Positions 1-15,600 are shown, counted from the first letter of the stretch. The stretch is DNA of 64,000 nucleotides from Candidatus Latescibacterota bacterium (GCA_965204745.1 OZ242010.1:704001-768000); one strand, 5' to 3'. The notes: generated from the letters alone by a model not told the origin. A program made the numbers and translations.

Positions 1-195
1 ATTGCCGACAGCGTGTACAGGATTGCATCCGCTTTTTCGCTCGGTGTGCCGGAAAGCAGGCGCGTCACAGGATCAAACGTCAAGCCGGGCGAAGGATCAG
101 GCGTCAGTGCATAGGTCAACACACCATCCCCACCCACGGCCTTGGGCAACCTGACGGGAGATATCGCTTGGTTCTCAACGAACTGCTGTGCCGTC
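1..195 (-). CDS. Continuation of the giant surface protein (putative-Ig repeat), runs off the window edge
   Basis: Minus strand reads openly as AQQFVENQAISPVRLPKAVGGDGVLTYALTPDPSPGLTFDPVTRLLSGTPSEKADAILYTLSA, the same repeat as at ~1520-1710. Confidence 0.7.
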
Positions 196-670
196 ACCGC
201 ACCAAATCGCCTCAATCCGTGAACACGGGCACCAAATCTGCTTCAACCTCAACCGTGAAGACCAAAACCGCCGTATCCCCATCCGCATCTGTCACAGTCC
301 AGATACATTCCGTCTCATCTATCGCCTCAATCGGCGTGCCGGAAAGCAAGCGCGTCAACACACCATCCCCACCCACAGCCTTGGGGACCTGACCGGAGAT
401 ATCACGAACTGCTGTGCCGATCAAACGTCAAGCCGGGCGAAGGATCAGGCGTCAGCGTGTACGTTAGTGGGGCATCCCCACCAGACGCCAAGGGCAACCT
501 GACAGGCTTAATCGCTTGGTTCTCAACGAACCGCTGTGCCGCCACCGTATCCGTGAACACCGGCACCAAATCTGCCGCTACCTCAACCGTGAAGATCCGC
601 TTTTTCGCTCGGTGTGCCGGAAAGCAGGCGCGTCACAGGATCAAACGTCAAGCCAAGTGCATAGGTCAAC
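196..670 (-). other. Scrambled mosaic of fragments of the ~276-bp putative-Ig repeat (probable assembly artefact, or local decay)
   Basis: Short pieces of the neighbouring repeat joined out of order, with frame breaks; this produces the apparent stop at 641-643. Confidence 0.6.
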
Positions 671-3600
671 CGCCGTATCCCCATCCGCATCTGTCGCAGT
701 CCAAACACACTCCGTCTCATCTATCGCCTCCGTCGGTGTGCCGGAAAGCAGGCGCGTCGCCGGGTCAAACGTCAAGCCGGGCGAAGGATCAGGCGTCAAT
801 GTGTACGTTAGCGGGACATCCCCACCAGACGCCAAGGGCAACCTGACAGGCTTAATCGCTTGGTTCTCAACGAACCGCTGTGCCGCCACCGTATCCGTGA
901 ACACCGGCACCAAATCTGCCTCAACCTCAACCGTGAAGACCAAAACCGCTGTATCCCCATCCGCATCTGTCACAGTCCAAACACACTCCGTCTCATCTAT
1001 CGCCTTAATCGGTGTGCCAGAAAGCAGGCGCGTCGTAGGATCAAACGTCAAGCCGGGCGAAGGATCAGGCGTCAGTGCATAGGTCAACACACCATCCCCA
1101 CCCACAGCCTTGGGCAACCTGACCGGAGATATCGCTTGGTTCTCAACGAACTGCTGTGCCGCCACCGTATCCGTGAACACCGGCACCAAATCTGCCTCAA
1201 CCTCAACCGTGAAGACCAAAACCGCCGTATCGCCATCCGCATCTGTCACAGTCCAAACACACTCCGTCTCATCTATCGCCTCAATCGGTGTGCCGGAAAG
1301 CAGGCGCGTCACAGGATCAAACGTCAAGCCGGGCGAAGGAGCAGGCCTCAACGTGTACGTTAGCGGGGCATCCCCACCAGACGCCAAGGGCAACCTGACA
1401 GGCTTAATCGCTTGGTTCTCAACGAACCGCTGTGCCGCTACCGTCTCTGTGAACACCGGCACCAAATCCGGCTTCACCACCTCAACCGTGAACATCAGTT
1501 TCGCCATGTCGCCATCCGCGTCCATTGCCGACAGCGTGTACAGGATTGCATCCGCTTTTTCGCTCGGTGTGCCGGAAAGCAGGCGCGTCACAGGATCAAA
1601 CGTCAAGCCGGGCGAAGGATCAGGCGTCAGTGCATAGGTCAACACACCATCCCCACCCACAGCCTTGGGCAACCTGACCGGAGATATCGCTTGGTTCTCA
1701 ACGAACCGCTGTGCCGCCACCGTATCCGTGAACACAGGCACCAAATCCGCCTCAACCTCAACCGTGAAGACCAAAACCGCCGTATCCCCATCCGCATCTG
1801 TCGCAGTCCAAACACATTCCGTCTCATCTATCGCCTCCGTCGGTGTGCCGGAAAGCAGGCGCGTCGCCGGGTCAAACGTCAAGCCGGGCGAAGGATCAGG
1901 CGTCAATGTGTACGTTAGTGGGGCATCCCCACCAGACGCCAAGGGCAACCTGACAGGCTTAATCGCTTGGTTCTCAACGAACCGCTGTGCCGCCACCGTA
2001 TCCGTGAATACTGGCACCAAATCCGCCTCAACCTCAACCGTGAAGACCAAAACCGCTGTATCCCCATCCGCATCTGTCACAGTCCAAACACACTCCGTCT
2101 CATCTATCGCCTTAATCGGTGTGCCAGAAAGCAGGCGCGTCGTAGGATCAAACGTCAAGCCGGGCGAAGGATCAGGCGCCAATGTGTACGTTAGTGGGGC
2201 ATCCCCACCAGACGCCAAGGGCAACCTGACAGGCTTAATCGCTTGGTTCTCAACGAACCGCTGTGCCGCTACCGTCTCTGTGAACACCGGCACCAAATCC
2301 GGCTTCACCACCTCAACCGTGAACATCAGTTTCGCCATGTCGCCATCCGCGTCCATTGCCGACAGCGTGTACAGGGTTACATCCGCTTTTTCGCTCGGTG
2401 TGCCAGAAAGCACCCGCGTCGCAGGATTGAAACTCAGCCCCTCCGGCAACCGCGGCATCAGAACATAAGTCAACACACCATCGCCACTGGTCGCCTCGGG
2501 CAACGTCAGCGCGTCAATTTTCACATTCTGCACGTAGTTCTGCGCGGACACGCTATCCGTGAACACGGGCACCAAATCTGGGATAACCTCTATCGTGAAC
2601 CGCACCATAGCCGTATCGCCATCTTCATCCGTCGCGGTCCACAGATATTCGGTCGTGTGCATCGCCTTGGTCGGCGTACCCGAAATCGTGCGCGGACCTT
2701 CGTCGAAATCCAAACCCGCAGGCAACGCAGGCGCCAACTCGTAGGTCAGCACACCATCGCCACCGGTTGCCTCGGGCAATGTCAGCGCGTCAATTTTCGC
2801 ATTCTGTACATAGTGTTGCGCGGACACGCTATCCGCAAACGACGGCAACAGATCTTCGTCCACCACAACGAAGAAACTCACGCTCGCCTCGTCCCCATCC
2901 TCATCTGTCGCGGTCAGGGTGTAGCGCGTCTTGGCCTGTGGCTCGGGCGGCGTGCCAGCCATGATACCGCCATGATCGTCCCCTTCCACAGGGGGCGTAT
3001 AAGTCAGCCCGGCAGGCGGGATCAGCGCGTAAGTCAACGCGCCATCCCCACCGGTCGCGGGTGGGAAGACCAACGGCGTGATGGGTGTGCCTTGCCGATA
3101 GCGTTGAAAATCCACCGCATCCGTGAATGTCGGCACCAAATTGGGCGGCACTTCCTCTGTCAAAACCACAGTTTGCAAAATCGCCGCAGTTTTGGCCTTC
3201 GGCCCTGCACCGGCCGCGTTCACCGCTCGCACATAGAACATGTACTCTATGTTATTTGCCAACCCGGGTAGCGTGTGCTCAGTGGTCGTTGCGTCGCTAC
3301 CCGTTATCGTTGCCCAAGCGACAGCGAGAATGTCTTCGTCCTCATGCGCGTACCGAACCTCATAGCGCGTGATGGTGGGGTTATTGGGATTAGCCCACAT
3401 GAGGGTCGCTTGCTCGCTGCCAGCGACTGCCCGCAAGTTGGCAGGCGGATCAGGGACCGCAAATCTCACCGTGATGCTGAACGTCAAGTCCGCCGTATCG
3501 CCATCGATATCCGTCGCGGTCAGCGCGTACGTGGTCTTGGATTTCGTCTCTGTCGGCGTTCCAGAAATCACCCGCGTCGTCCCGCTGAAAGAGAGTCCAT

Positions 3601-6600
3601 TCGGCAAAGTCGGCGCTAGTGTGTACGTCAGATCACCATCGCCGCCACTGGCTGCCGGCAAAGTGACCGGGGTGATCGTCTTGTACAGGAGATAATGCTG
3701 GTCATCATAGGTATTTGGGCTAAAAATCGGCGTCAGACCGACCTGTCCTCCTCTGGGAATTGATACCACTTCGATTGTGAATGTCAGCGCGGCTTGGGCG
3801 TTGCTTGTGTCTGTCGCTGTCCATGTGTACGTCGTCTTGTCCAAGGCCACACTCGGCGCACCGCTGACCCGGTGTGCGGCGTCCTTGGTTACCCCATCGG
3901 GCCAGGCAGGAGCAATGTCGTAGCTCAAAGTGCCGGTACCACCGATCGCAGTCGGCAAAGTGAACGCCGTGATCGTCTCGTTCTTCGTCCAAGACTGGTT
4001 ATCTATCGCCGAACCAAACGACAGCTGACGTCCCCAAAATGATCCCCCTTCAGGGTTCTCGACGCGTTGTGGTCCAACCTGGATCGTGAACTTCAGTGTC
4101 GCCGTGTCGTTATCTGCGTCCGTCGCAGTCCATGTGTACGTCGTCTCGCTCATCAACCGGGTCGGCACACCGCTGACCCGGTGTGCGGCGTCCTTGGTTA
4201 CCCCATCGGGCCAGGCAGGAGTAATGCTGTAGGACAAACTGACATCACCACCGGTCGCAGTCGGCAAAGTGAACGCCGTGATTGTATCGTTCTGCGTCCA
4301 AGACTGGTCATCTATCGTCGCCGAACCAAACGACGGCACCCCATCCACCACAATGGTGAACGTCAATTCCGCCTTGTCCCCATCCGTTTCCGTCGCTGTC
4401 CATGTGTACGTCGTCTTGCCCAAGGCCACACTCGGCGCCCCGCTGACGCGATGATTGGCGGCCTTGGACACGCCATTCGGCAGATTAGGCGATAGGGTAT
4501 GGATCGCGGTGCCATCGCCACCACTGGCCGTAGGCAAGGTGAACGCCGTGATCGCCTGGTTCTGCGTCCAAGCCTGATCGTTCACCGTTGTCGAGAAAGA
4601 CGGAGCCTCGTCGTCATCGCGGATGGTCAGGGTTACATCAGAGGGATCGGTTATGCCTTGAGTGTTACTCACCGAACCCGAAACAGTCACTGACTTATCC
4701 GCCGAATCCTTCGTATTGTCCACCGCTGAGATCGTCACGGTGCCACTACTCGTCGTCTGACTGGTCGCTATCGTCAGCGTTGTCGCATTGGACAGCGTGA
4801 AATCGCCAGCCACCGCATGCGTGCCAGCCGTTGCCGATACCGTGATAGTTGTCACCGCGCTTGATGCGCCGCTCAACTTTGCGGTCACTGTCGCCACTCC
4901 GCCATCCTCTGAAATCGACGCGGGCGACAGAATTAGAGATACCGTCGGTGTACCCTCATCATCGGTAATCGTCAGCGTCGCGTTAGATGGGTCAGACACA
5001 CCAAGACCACCGCTCGCTGAACCCGAGACCGTCACGCTCTTGCTCGGCTCATCTTGATTGTTGTTCACCGCCGTAATCGTCACGGTGCCACTACTCGTCG
5101 TCTGACCGGCCGCGATAGTCAGTGTCTTGTCCGCGCTCAGCGTAAAATCGCCTGCTACCGCATTCGTGCCAGCCGTTGCGGTTACGGTGATCGTCGTGAC
5201 CGCGCTCGACGCCCGAGAGAGCGTAGCTGTCACCGTCGTCACGCCGCCATCCTCTGAAATCGACGAGGGCGACAGAACCAAAGATACCGTCGGTGTACCC
5301 TCATCATCGGTAATCGTCAGCGTCGCGTCAGACGGGTCAGACACACCAAGACCACCACTCGCTGAACCCGAGACCGTCACGCTCTTGTTCGGCTCATCTT
5401 TGTTGTTGTTCACCGCCGTAATCGTCACGGTGCCACTACTCGTCGTCTGACCTGCCGCGATGGTCAATGTCTTGTCCGTGCTCAGCGTGAAATCGCCTGC
5501 TACCGCATTCGTGCCAGCCGTTGCCGATACCGTGATGGTCGTCGCCGCACTCGATACGCCGCTTAACTTTGCGGTCACTGTCGTCACGCCGCCATCCTCT
5601 GAAATCGACGAGGGCGACAAAACCAAAGATACCGTCGGCGCACCCTCATCATCGGTAATTGTCAGCGTCACGTTAGACGGGTCAGCCACACCGAGACCGC
5701 CACTCGCTGAACCCGAGACCGTTACACTTTTGTTCGGCTCATCCTTATTGTTGTTCACCGCCGTAATCGTCACGGTGCCACTACTAGTCGTCTGACCGGC
5801 CGCGATAGTCAGCGTCTTGTCCGTGCTCAGCGTGAAATCGCCAGCCACCGCATGCGTGCTTGCCGTTGCCGATACCGTGATCGTCGTCGCCGCGCTCGAT
5901 GTGCCGCTCAACTTTGCGGTCACCGTCGCCACACCGCCATCCTCTGAAATCGACGAGGGCGACAGAACCAAAGATACCGTCGGCGCACCCTCATCATCGG
6001 TAATCGTCAGCGTCTCGTCAGAGAGGCCGGACACACCAAGACCACCGCTCGCTGAACCCGATATGGTCACGCTCTTGTTCGGCCCATCTTGATTGTTGTT
6101 CACCGCCGTAATCGTCACGGTGCCACTACTCGTCGTCTGACCCGCCGCTATTGTCAGCGTTGTCGTATTGGACAACGTGAAATCGCCTGCTACCGCATTC
6201 GTGCTTGCCGAAGCAGAAACCGTGATCGTTGTCGCCGCGCTCGACGCGCCGCTCAACTTTGCGGTCACCGTCGTCACGCCGCCATCCTCTGAAATCGATG
6301 TTGGTGACAAAGTCAGAGATACCGTCGGTGTACCCTCATCATCGGTAATCGTCAGCGTCGCGTTAGACGGGTCAGACACACCGAGACCACCGCTCGCTGA
6401 ACCAGATACCGTCACGCTCTTGTTCGGCTCATCTTTGTCGTTGTTCACCGCCGTAATCGTCACGGTACCACTACTCGTCGTCTGACCGGCCGCGATGGTC
6501 AGCGTCTTGTCCGTGCTCAGCGTGAAATCGCCAGCCGCCGCATTCGTGCCTGCCGTTGCCGATACCGTGACCGTTGTCGCCGCGCTCGATGCACCACTCA

Positions 6601-9600
6601 ACTTTGCGGTCACTGTCGCCACGCCGCCGTCCTCTGAAATTGACGAGGACGACAGAACCAAAGATACCGTCGGCAACCCCTCATCATCGGTAATCGTTAG
6701 CGTCGCGTCTGACGGGTCAGCCACACCAAGACCGCCACTCGCTGAACCAGACACGGTCACGCTCTTGTTCGGCTCATCCTTATTGTTGTCGTTAGCCGTA
6801 ATCGTCACGGTACCACTACTCGTCGTCTCTCCCGCCGCGATAGTCAGCGTCTTGTCCGTGCTCAGCGTGAAATCGCCATCTGCCGCATTCGTGCCAGCCG
6901 AAGCAGAAACCGTGATCGTTGTCGCCGCACTCGATACGCCGCTTAACTTTGCGGTCACCGTCGTCACGCCGCCATCCTCTGAAATCGACGTTGGTGACAG
7001 AATTAGAGATACCGTCGGCGCACCCTCATCATCGGTAATCGTCAGCGTCGCGTTAGATGGGTCAGCTACACCGAGACCGCCACTCGCTGAACCCGAGACC
7101 GTCACACTCTTGTTCGGCTCATCCCTGTCATTGTTCACCGCTACAATCGTTACCGTCCCGGTGCTCGTCGTCTGACCGGCCGCGATAGTCAGCGTCTTGT
7201 CCGTGCTCAATGTGAAATCGCCTGCTACCGCATTCGTGCCAGCCGTTGCGGATACCGTGATGGTCGTTGCCGCACTCGATGCGCCGCTCAACTTTGCGGT
7301 CACCGTCGTCACACCGCCATCCTCTGAAATTGACGAGGGCGATAAAATTAGAGATACCGTCGGCAACCCCTCATCATCGGTAATCGTCAGCGTCGCGTTA
7401 GACGGGTCAGACACACCAAGACCACCGCTCGCTGAACCCGAGACCGTCACACTCTTGTTCGGCTCATCTTGATTGTTGTTCACCGCCGTAATCGTCACGG
7501 TGCCACTACTCGTCGTTGATCCCGCCGCGATAGTCAGCGTCTTGTCCGTGCTCAACGTAAAATCGCCAGCCACCGCATTCGTGCTTGCCGTTGCCGATAC
7601 CGTGATGGTCGTTGCCGCGCTCGATACGCCGCTCAACTTCGCGGTCACTGTCGCCACGCCGCCGTCCTCTGAAATCGACGAGGGCGACAGAACCAAAGAT
7701 ACCGTCGGCAGACCCTCGTCATCGGTAATCGTCAGCGTCGCGTCAGAGGGGGCGGACACACCAAGACCACCACTCGCTGAACCAGACACGGTCACACTCT
7801 TGTTCGGCTCATCTTGATTGTTGTTCACCGCCGTAATCGTCACGGTGCCACTACTCGTCGTTGATCCCGCCGCGATGGTCAGCGTTGTCGTATTGGACAG
7901 CGTAAAATTGCCATCCGCCGCATTCGTGCTTGCCGAAGCAGAAACCGTGATCGTTGTCGCCGCGCTCGATACGCCGCTCAACTTTGCGGTCACTGTCGTC
8001 ACGCCGCCATCCTCTGAAATCGACGAAGGCGACAGAACCAAAGATACCGTCGGTGTACCCTCATCATCGGTAATCGTCAGCGTCGCGTCAGACGGGTCAG
8101 ACACACCAAGACCACCACTCGCTGAACCCGAGACCGTCACGCTCTTGTTCGGCTCATCTTTGTTGTTGTTCACCGCCGTAATCGTCACGGTGCCACTACT
8201 CGTCGTCTGACCTGCCGCGATGGTCAATGTCTTGTCCGTGCTCAGCGTGAAATCGCCTGCTACCGCATTCGTGCCAGCCGTTGCCGATACCGTGATGGTC
8301 GTCGCCGCACTCGATACGCCGCTTAACTTTGCGGTCACTGTCGTCACGCCGCCATCCTCTGAAATCGACGCGGGCGACAAAATTAGAGATACCGTCGGCG
8401 CACCCTCATCATCGGTAATCGTCAGCGTCATGTTAGACGGGTCAGACACACCGAGACCACCACTCGCTGAACCAGACACGGTCACACTTTTGTTCGGCTC
8501 ATCTTGATTGTTGTTCACTGCCGTAATCGTCACTGTCCCACTACTCGTTGTCTGCCCCGCCGCGATAGTCAGCGTTGTCGTATTGGACAATGTGAAATCG
8601 CCATTCGCCGCATTCGTGCTTGCCGTTGCCGATACCGTGATCGTTGTCGCCGCACTCGATGCGCCGCTCAACTTTGCGGTCACTGTCGTCACGCCGCCAT
8701 CCTCTGAAATCGACGAGGACGACAGAATTAGAGATACCGTCGGCACACCCTCATCATCGGTAATCGTCAGCGTCGCGTTAGACGGATCAGACACACCGAG
8801 ACCACCGCTCGCTGAACCCGACACGGTCACGCTCTTGTTGTTCGGCTCATCTTGATTGTTGTTCACCGCCGTAATCGTCACGGTGCCACTACTCGTCGTC
8901 TGACCGGCCGCGATGGTCAGCGTTGTCGTATTGGACAACGTGAAATCGCCATTCGCCGCATTCGTGCCAGCCGTTGCCGATACTGTCACCGTCGTCGCCG
9001 CGCTCGATGTGCCGCTCAACTTCGCGGTCACTGTCGTCACACCGCCATCCTCTGAAATTGACGAGGGCGACAGAATTAGAGATACCGTCGGCGCACCCTC
9101 ATCATCGGTAAGCGTCAGCGTCGCGTCTGACGGGTCAGACACACCGAGGCCACCACTCGCTGAACCCGAGACCGTCACGCTCTTGTTCGGCCCATCTTGA
9201 TTGTTGTTCACCGCCGTAATCGTCACGGTGCCACTACTCGTCGTCTGACCGGCCGCGATAGTCAGCGTCTTGTCCGTGCTCAACGTGAAATCGCCTGCTA
9301 CCGCATTCGTGCTTGCCGAAGCAGAAACCGTGATCGTTGTCGCCGCGCTCGACGCGCCGCTCAACTTTGCGGTCACCGTCGTCACGCCGCCATCCTCTGA
9401 AATCGATGTTGGTGACAAAGTCAGAGATACCGTCGGTGTACCCTCATCATCGGTAATCGTCAGCGTCGCGTTAGACGGGTCAGACACACCGAGACCACCG
9501 CTCGCTGAACCAGATACCGTCACGCTCTTGTTCGGCTCATCTTTGTCGTTGTTCACCGCCGTAATCGTCACGGTGCCACTACTCGTCGTCTGACCCGCCG

Positions 9601-12600
9601 CGATGGTCAGCGTCTTATCCGTGCTCAACGTGAAATCGCCATCTACCGCATGCGTGCCAGCCGTTGCGGAAACCGTGATCGTTGTCGCCGCGCTCGATAC
9701 GCCGCTCAACTTTGCGGTCACTGTCGCCACACCGCCATCCTCTGAAATCGACGAGGGCGACAGAACCAGAGATACCGTCGGTGTACCCTCATCATCGGTA
9801 ATCGTCAGCGTCTCGTTAGAGGGGTCAGCCACACCGAGACCACCGCTCGCTGAACCCGAGACCGTCACGCTTTTGTTCGGCTCATCCTTGTTGTTGTTCA
9901 CCGCCGTAATCGTCACTGTCCCACTACTCGTTGTCTGCCCTGCCGCGATGGTCAGCGTCGCCGCGTTCGACAGCGTAAAATCGCCATTCGCCGCATTCGT
10001 GCTTGCCGTTGCCGATACCGTGATCGTTGTCGCCGCGCTCGATGTGCCGCTCAACTTTGCGGTCACTGTCGTCACTCCGCCATCCTCTGAAATCGACGTT
10101 GGCGACAAAATTAGAGATACCGTCGGCGCACCCTCATCATCGGTAATCGTCAGCGTCTCGTCAGAGGGGGCGGACACACCGAGACCACCGCTCGCTGAAC
10201 CAGATACGGTCACGCTCTTGTTCGACTCATCTTTGTTGTTGTTCACCGCCGTAACCGTCACGGTGCCACTACTCGTCGTCTGACCGGCCGCGATAGTCAG
10301 CGTCTTGTCCGTGCTCAACGTGAAATCGCCTGCCACCGCATTCGTGCCAGCCGTTGCGGTTACGGTGATCGTTGTTACCGCGCTCGATGTGCCGCTCAAC
10401 TTTGCGGTCACTGTCGTCACTCCGCCATCCTCTGAAATCGACGAGGACGAAAGAATTAGAGATACCGTCGGCGTTCCCTCATCATCGGTAATCGTCAGCG
10501 TCGCGTTAGACGGGTCAGCCACACCAAGACCGCCACTCGCTGAACCAGATATGGTCACGCTCTTGTTCGGCTCATCCTTACTGTTGTTCACCGCCGTAAT
10601 CGTCACGGTGCCACTACTCGTCGTTGATCCCGCCGCGATAGTCAGCGTTGTCGTATTGGACAGCGTGAAATCGCCAGCCACCGCATGCGTACCAGCCGAA
10701 GCAGAAATTGTGATCGTTGTCGCCGCGCTCGATACGCCGCTCAACTTTGCGGTCACTGTCGTCACGCCGCCATCCTCTGAAATCGACGAAGGCGACAGAA
10801 TTAGAGATACCGTCGGCAACCCCTCATCATCGGTAATCGTCAGCGTCGCGTTAGAGGGGGCGGACACACCAAGACCGCCACTCGCTGAACCCGACACGGT
10901 CACTGACTTGTTCGGCTCATCCTTGTTGTTGTTCACCGCCGTAATCGTCACGGTGCCACTACTCGTCGTTGATCCCGCCGCTATCGTCAGCGTTGTCGTA
11001 TTGGACAGTGTAAAATCGCCTGCTACCGCATTCGTGCCAGCCGAAGCAGAAATTGTGATCGTTGTCGCCGTGCTCGATGTGCCGCTTAACTTTGCGGTCA
11101 CTGTCGTCACACCGCCATCCTCTGAAATCGACGCGGGCGACAAAGTCAGAGATACCGTCGGCGTTCCCTCATCATCGGTAATCGTCAGCGTCGCGTTAGA
11201 TGGGTCAGCCACGCCAAGACCACCACTCGCTGAACCCGAGACCGTCACGCTCTTGTTCGGCTCATCTTGATTGTTGTTCACCGCCGCAATCGTCACGGTA
11301 CCACTACTCGTCGTCTGACCGGTCGCGATAGTCAGCGTCTTGTCCGCGCTCAATGTGAAATCGCCTGCTACCGCATGCGTGCCAGCCGTTGCCGATACCG
11401 TGATTGTTGTCGCCGCGCTCGATACACCGCTCAACTTTGCGGTCACTGTCGCCACACCGCCGTCCTCTGAAATCGACGCGGGCGACAGAATTAGAGATAC
11501 CGTCGGCGCACCCTCATCATCGGTAATCGTCAGCGTCGCGTCTGACGGATCCGACACACCAAGACCACCACTCGCTGAACCCGACACGGTCACGCTCTTG
11601 TTCGGCTCATCCTTATTGTTGTCGTTAGCCGTAATCGTCACGGTGCCACTACTCGTCGTCTGACCTGCCGCTATTGTCAGCGTTGTCGTATTGGACAGCG
11701 TGAAGTCGCCTGCTACCGCATTCGTGCTTGCCGTTGCCGATACCGTGATCGTCGTCGCCGCACTCGATACGCCGCTTAACTTCGCGGTCACCGTCGTCAC
11801 TCCGCTGTCCTCTGAAATCGACGAAGGCGACAAAATTAGAGATACCGTCGGCGTTCCTTCATCATCGGTAATCGTCAGCGTCGCGTTAGAGGGGTCAGAC
11901 ACACCGAGACCACCGCTCGCTGAACCCGAGACCGTCACGCTCTTGTTCGGCTCATCCTTACTGTTGTTCACCGCCGTAATCGTCACGGTGCCACTACTCG
12001 TCGTCTGACCTGCCGCGATGGTCAATGTCTTGTCCGTGCTCAGCGTGAAATCGCTATTCGCCGCATTCGTGCTAGCCGTTGCCGATACCGTGATCGTTGT
12101 CGCCGCGCTCGATACGCCGCTCAACTTCGCGGTCACTGTCGTCACACCGCCATCCTCTGAAATCGACGCGGGCGACAGAACCAAAGATACCGTCGGGGTG
12201 CCCTCATCATCGGTAATCGTCAGCGTCGCGTGAGACGGGGCAGCCACACCGAGACCACCGCTCGCTGAACCCGAGACCGTCACGCTCTTGTTCGGCTCAT
12301 CTTTGTTGTTGTTCACCGCTGAGATCGTCACGGTGCCACTACTCGTCGTTGATCCCGCCGCGATAGTCAGCGTTGTCGTATTGGACAGCGTGAAATCGCC
12401 AGCCACCGCATGCGTACCAGCCGAAGCAGAAATTGTGATCGTTGTCGCCGCACTCGATGCGCCGCTTAACTTTGCGGTCACCGTCGTCACTCCGCCATCT
12501 TCTGAAATCGACGTTGGTGACAGAATTAGAGATACCGTCGGCGCACCCTCATCATCGGTAATCGTCAGCGTCGCGTTAGACGGGTCAGCTACACCGAGAC

Positions 12601-15600
12601 CGCCACTCGCTGAACCTGACACGGTCACGCTCTTGTTCGGCTCATCTTTGTTGTTGTTCACCGCTGAGATCGTCACGGTACCACTACTCGTCGTCTGCCC
12701 CGTCGCGATAGTCAGCGTTGTCGTATTGGACAACGTGAAATCGCTATCTGCCGCATTCGTGCTTGCCGTTGCCGATACCGTGATCGTTATCGCCGCACTC
12801 GATGCGCCGCTCAACTTTGCGGTCACCGTCGTCACGCCGCCATCTTCTGAAATCGACGAGGACGACAGAATTAGAGATACCGTCGGCGTTCCCTCATCAT
12901 CGGTAATCGTCAGCGTCGCGTTAGACGGGTTAGACACACCGAGACCACCGCTCGCTGAACCAGAGACCGTCACACTCTTGTTCGGCTCATCCTTATTGTT
13001 GTTCACCGCCGTAATCGTCACGGTGCCACTACTCGTTGTCTGACCTGCCGCTATCGTCAGCGTCTTGTCTGTGCTCAATGTGAAATCGCCTGCTACCGCA
13101 TTCGTGCTTGCCGTTGCGGATACTGTCACCGTCGTTGCCGCACTCGAGGCGCCGCTCAACTTTGCGGTCACCGTCGTCACTCCGCCATCCTCTGAAATCG
13201 ACGTTGGTGACAGAATTAGAGATACCGTCGGTGTACCCTCATCATCGGTAATCGTCAGCGTCTCGTCTGACGGGTCCGCCACACCGAGACCACCACTCGC
13301 TGAACCCGACACGGTCACGCTCTTGTTCGGCTCATCTTGATTGTTGTCGTTAGCCGTAATCGTCACGGTGCCACTACTCGTCGTTGATCCCGCCGCGATA
13401 GTCAGCGTTGTCGTATTGGACAGCGTGAAGTCGGACGCCACCGCAGGTGCCACTGGCGTTGCCGATACCGTGATCGTTGTCGCCGCGCTCGATGTGCCGC
13501 TCAACTTTGCGGTCACCGTCGTCACACCGCCATCCTCTGAAATCGACGAGGACGACAAAACTAGGGATACCGTCGGTGTACCCTCGTCGTCCGTAATCGT
13601 CAGCGTCGCGTCAGAGGGGTCAGCCACACCGAGACCACCGCTCGCTGAACCCGATACGGTTACACTCTTGTTCGGCTCATCTTTGTTGTTGTTCACCGCC
13701 GTAATCGTCACTGTCCCACTACTCGTCGTCTGACCTGCCGCGATAGTCAGCGTCGCCGCGTTCGACAGCGTGAAGTCGGTCGCCACCGCAGGTGCCACCG
13801 GCGTTGCGGTCAAGGTGATTGTTGTCGCCGCACTCGATACGCCGCTCAACTTTGCGGTCACTGTCGTCACGCCGCCATCCTCTGAAATCGACGCGGGCGA
13901 CAAAATTAGAGATACCGTCGGTGTCCCCTCATCATCGGTAATCGTCAGCGTCGCGTTAGACGGGTCCGCCACGCCGAGACCACCGCTCGCTGAACCAGAC
14001 ACGGTCACGCTCTTGTTCGGCTCATCCTTGTTGTTGTTCACCGCTGAGATCGTCACGGTGCCACTACTCGTCGTTGATCCCGCCGCGATAGTCAGCGTTG
14101 TCGTATTGGACAACGTGAAATCGCCAGCCACCGCATGCGTGCCAGCCGTTGCCGATACCGTGATCGTTGTCGCCGCGCTCGATGCACCGCTTAACTTTGC
14201 GGTCACTGTCGTCACTCCGCCATCCTCTGAAATCGACGAGGGCGACAGAACCAACGAAACCGTCGGCAGACCCTCATCATCTTGGATAGTCAACGTCACG
14301 TCTGACGGATCCGCCACGCCGCTCGTGCCGCTCGCTGTCGCCGACACGGTCACCGATTTGTCCGGCTCATCTCGATTGTTGTCCACTGCCGCTATCGTTA
14401 CCGTCCCAGTGCTCGTCGTCTCTTCCGCCGCGATGGTCAGTGTCTTGTCCGTGCTCAACGTGAAATCGCCATTCGCCGCATTCGTGCCAGCCGTTGCAGA
14501 AACCGTGATCGTTGTCGCCGCGCTCGATGCACCGCTCAACTTTGCGGTCACTGTCGTCACGCCGCCATCCTCTGAAATCGACGCGGGCGACAAAATCAGA
14601 GATACCGTCGGTGTCCCCTCATCATCGGTAATCGTCAGCGTCGCGTCAGAGGGGGCGGACACACCGAGACCACCGCTCGCTGAACCCGATACGGTCACAC
14701 TCTTGTTCGGTTCATCTTTGTTGTTGTTCACCGCCGCTATCGTTACCGTCCCACTACTCGTCGTCTGACCTGCCGCGATAGTCAGCGTTGTCGTATTGGA
14801 CAGCGTGAAATCGCCATCTACCGCATGCGTGCCAGCCGTTGCGGAAACCGTGATCGTTGTCGCCGCGCTCGATGTGCCGCTCAACTTTGCGGTCACTGTC
14901 GCCACGCCGCCATCCTCTGAAATCGACGTTGGTGACAGAATTAGAGATACCGTCGGCGCACCCTCATCATCGGTAATCGTCAGCGTCTCGTCAGAGGGGG
15001 CGGACACACCGAGACCACCGCTCGCTGATCCCGAAACAGTCACGCTCTTGTTCGGCTCATCCTTATTGTTGTTCACCGCCGTAATCGTCACGGTGCCACT
15101 ACTCGTCGTTGATCCCGCCGCTATTGTCAGCGTTGTCGTATTGGACAATGTGAAATCGCTATCCGCCGCATTCGTGCCAGCCGTTGCCGATACCGTGATC
15201 GTTGTCGCCGCACTCGATACGCCGCTCAACTTCGCGGTCACCGTCGTCACGCCGCCATCCTCTGAAATCGACGAAGGCGACAGAATTAGAGATACCGTCG
15301 GTGTACCCTCATCATCGGTAATCGTCAGCGTCGCGTTAGATGGGTCAGACACACCAAGACCACCGCTCGCTGAACCCGACACGGTCACGCTCTTGTTGTT
15401 CGGCTCATCTTGATTGTTGTTCACCGCCGTAATCGTCACGGTGCCACTACTCGTCGTCTGACCCGCCGCTATCGTCAGCGTTGTCGTATTGGACAGCGTG
15501 AAATCGGTCGCCACCGCAGGTGCCACTGGCGTTGCGGTTACGGTGATCGTTGTCGCCGCACTCGATACGCCGCTTAACTTTGCGGTCACCGTCGTCACAC

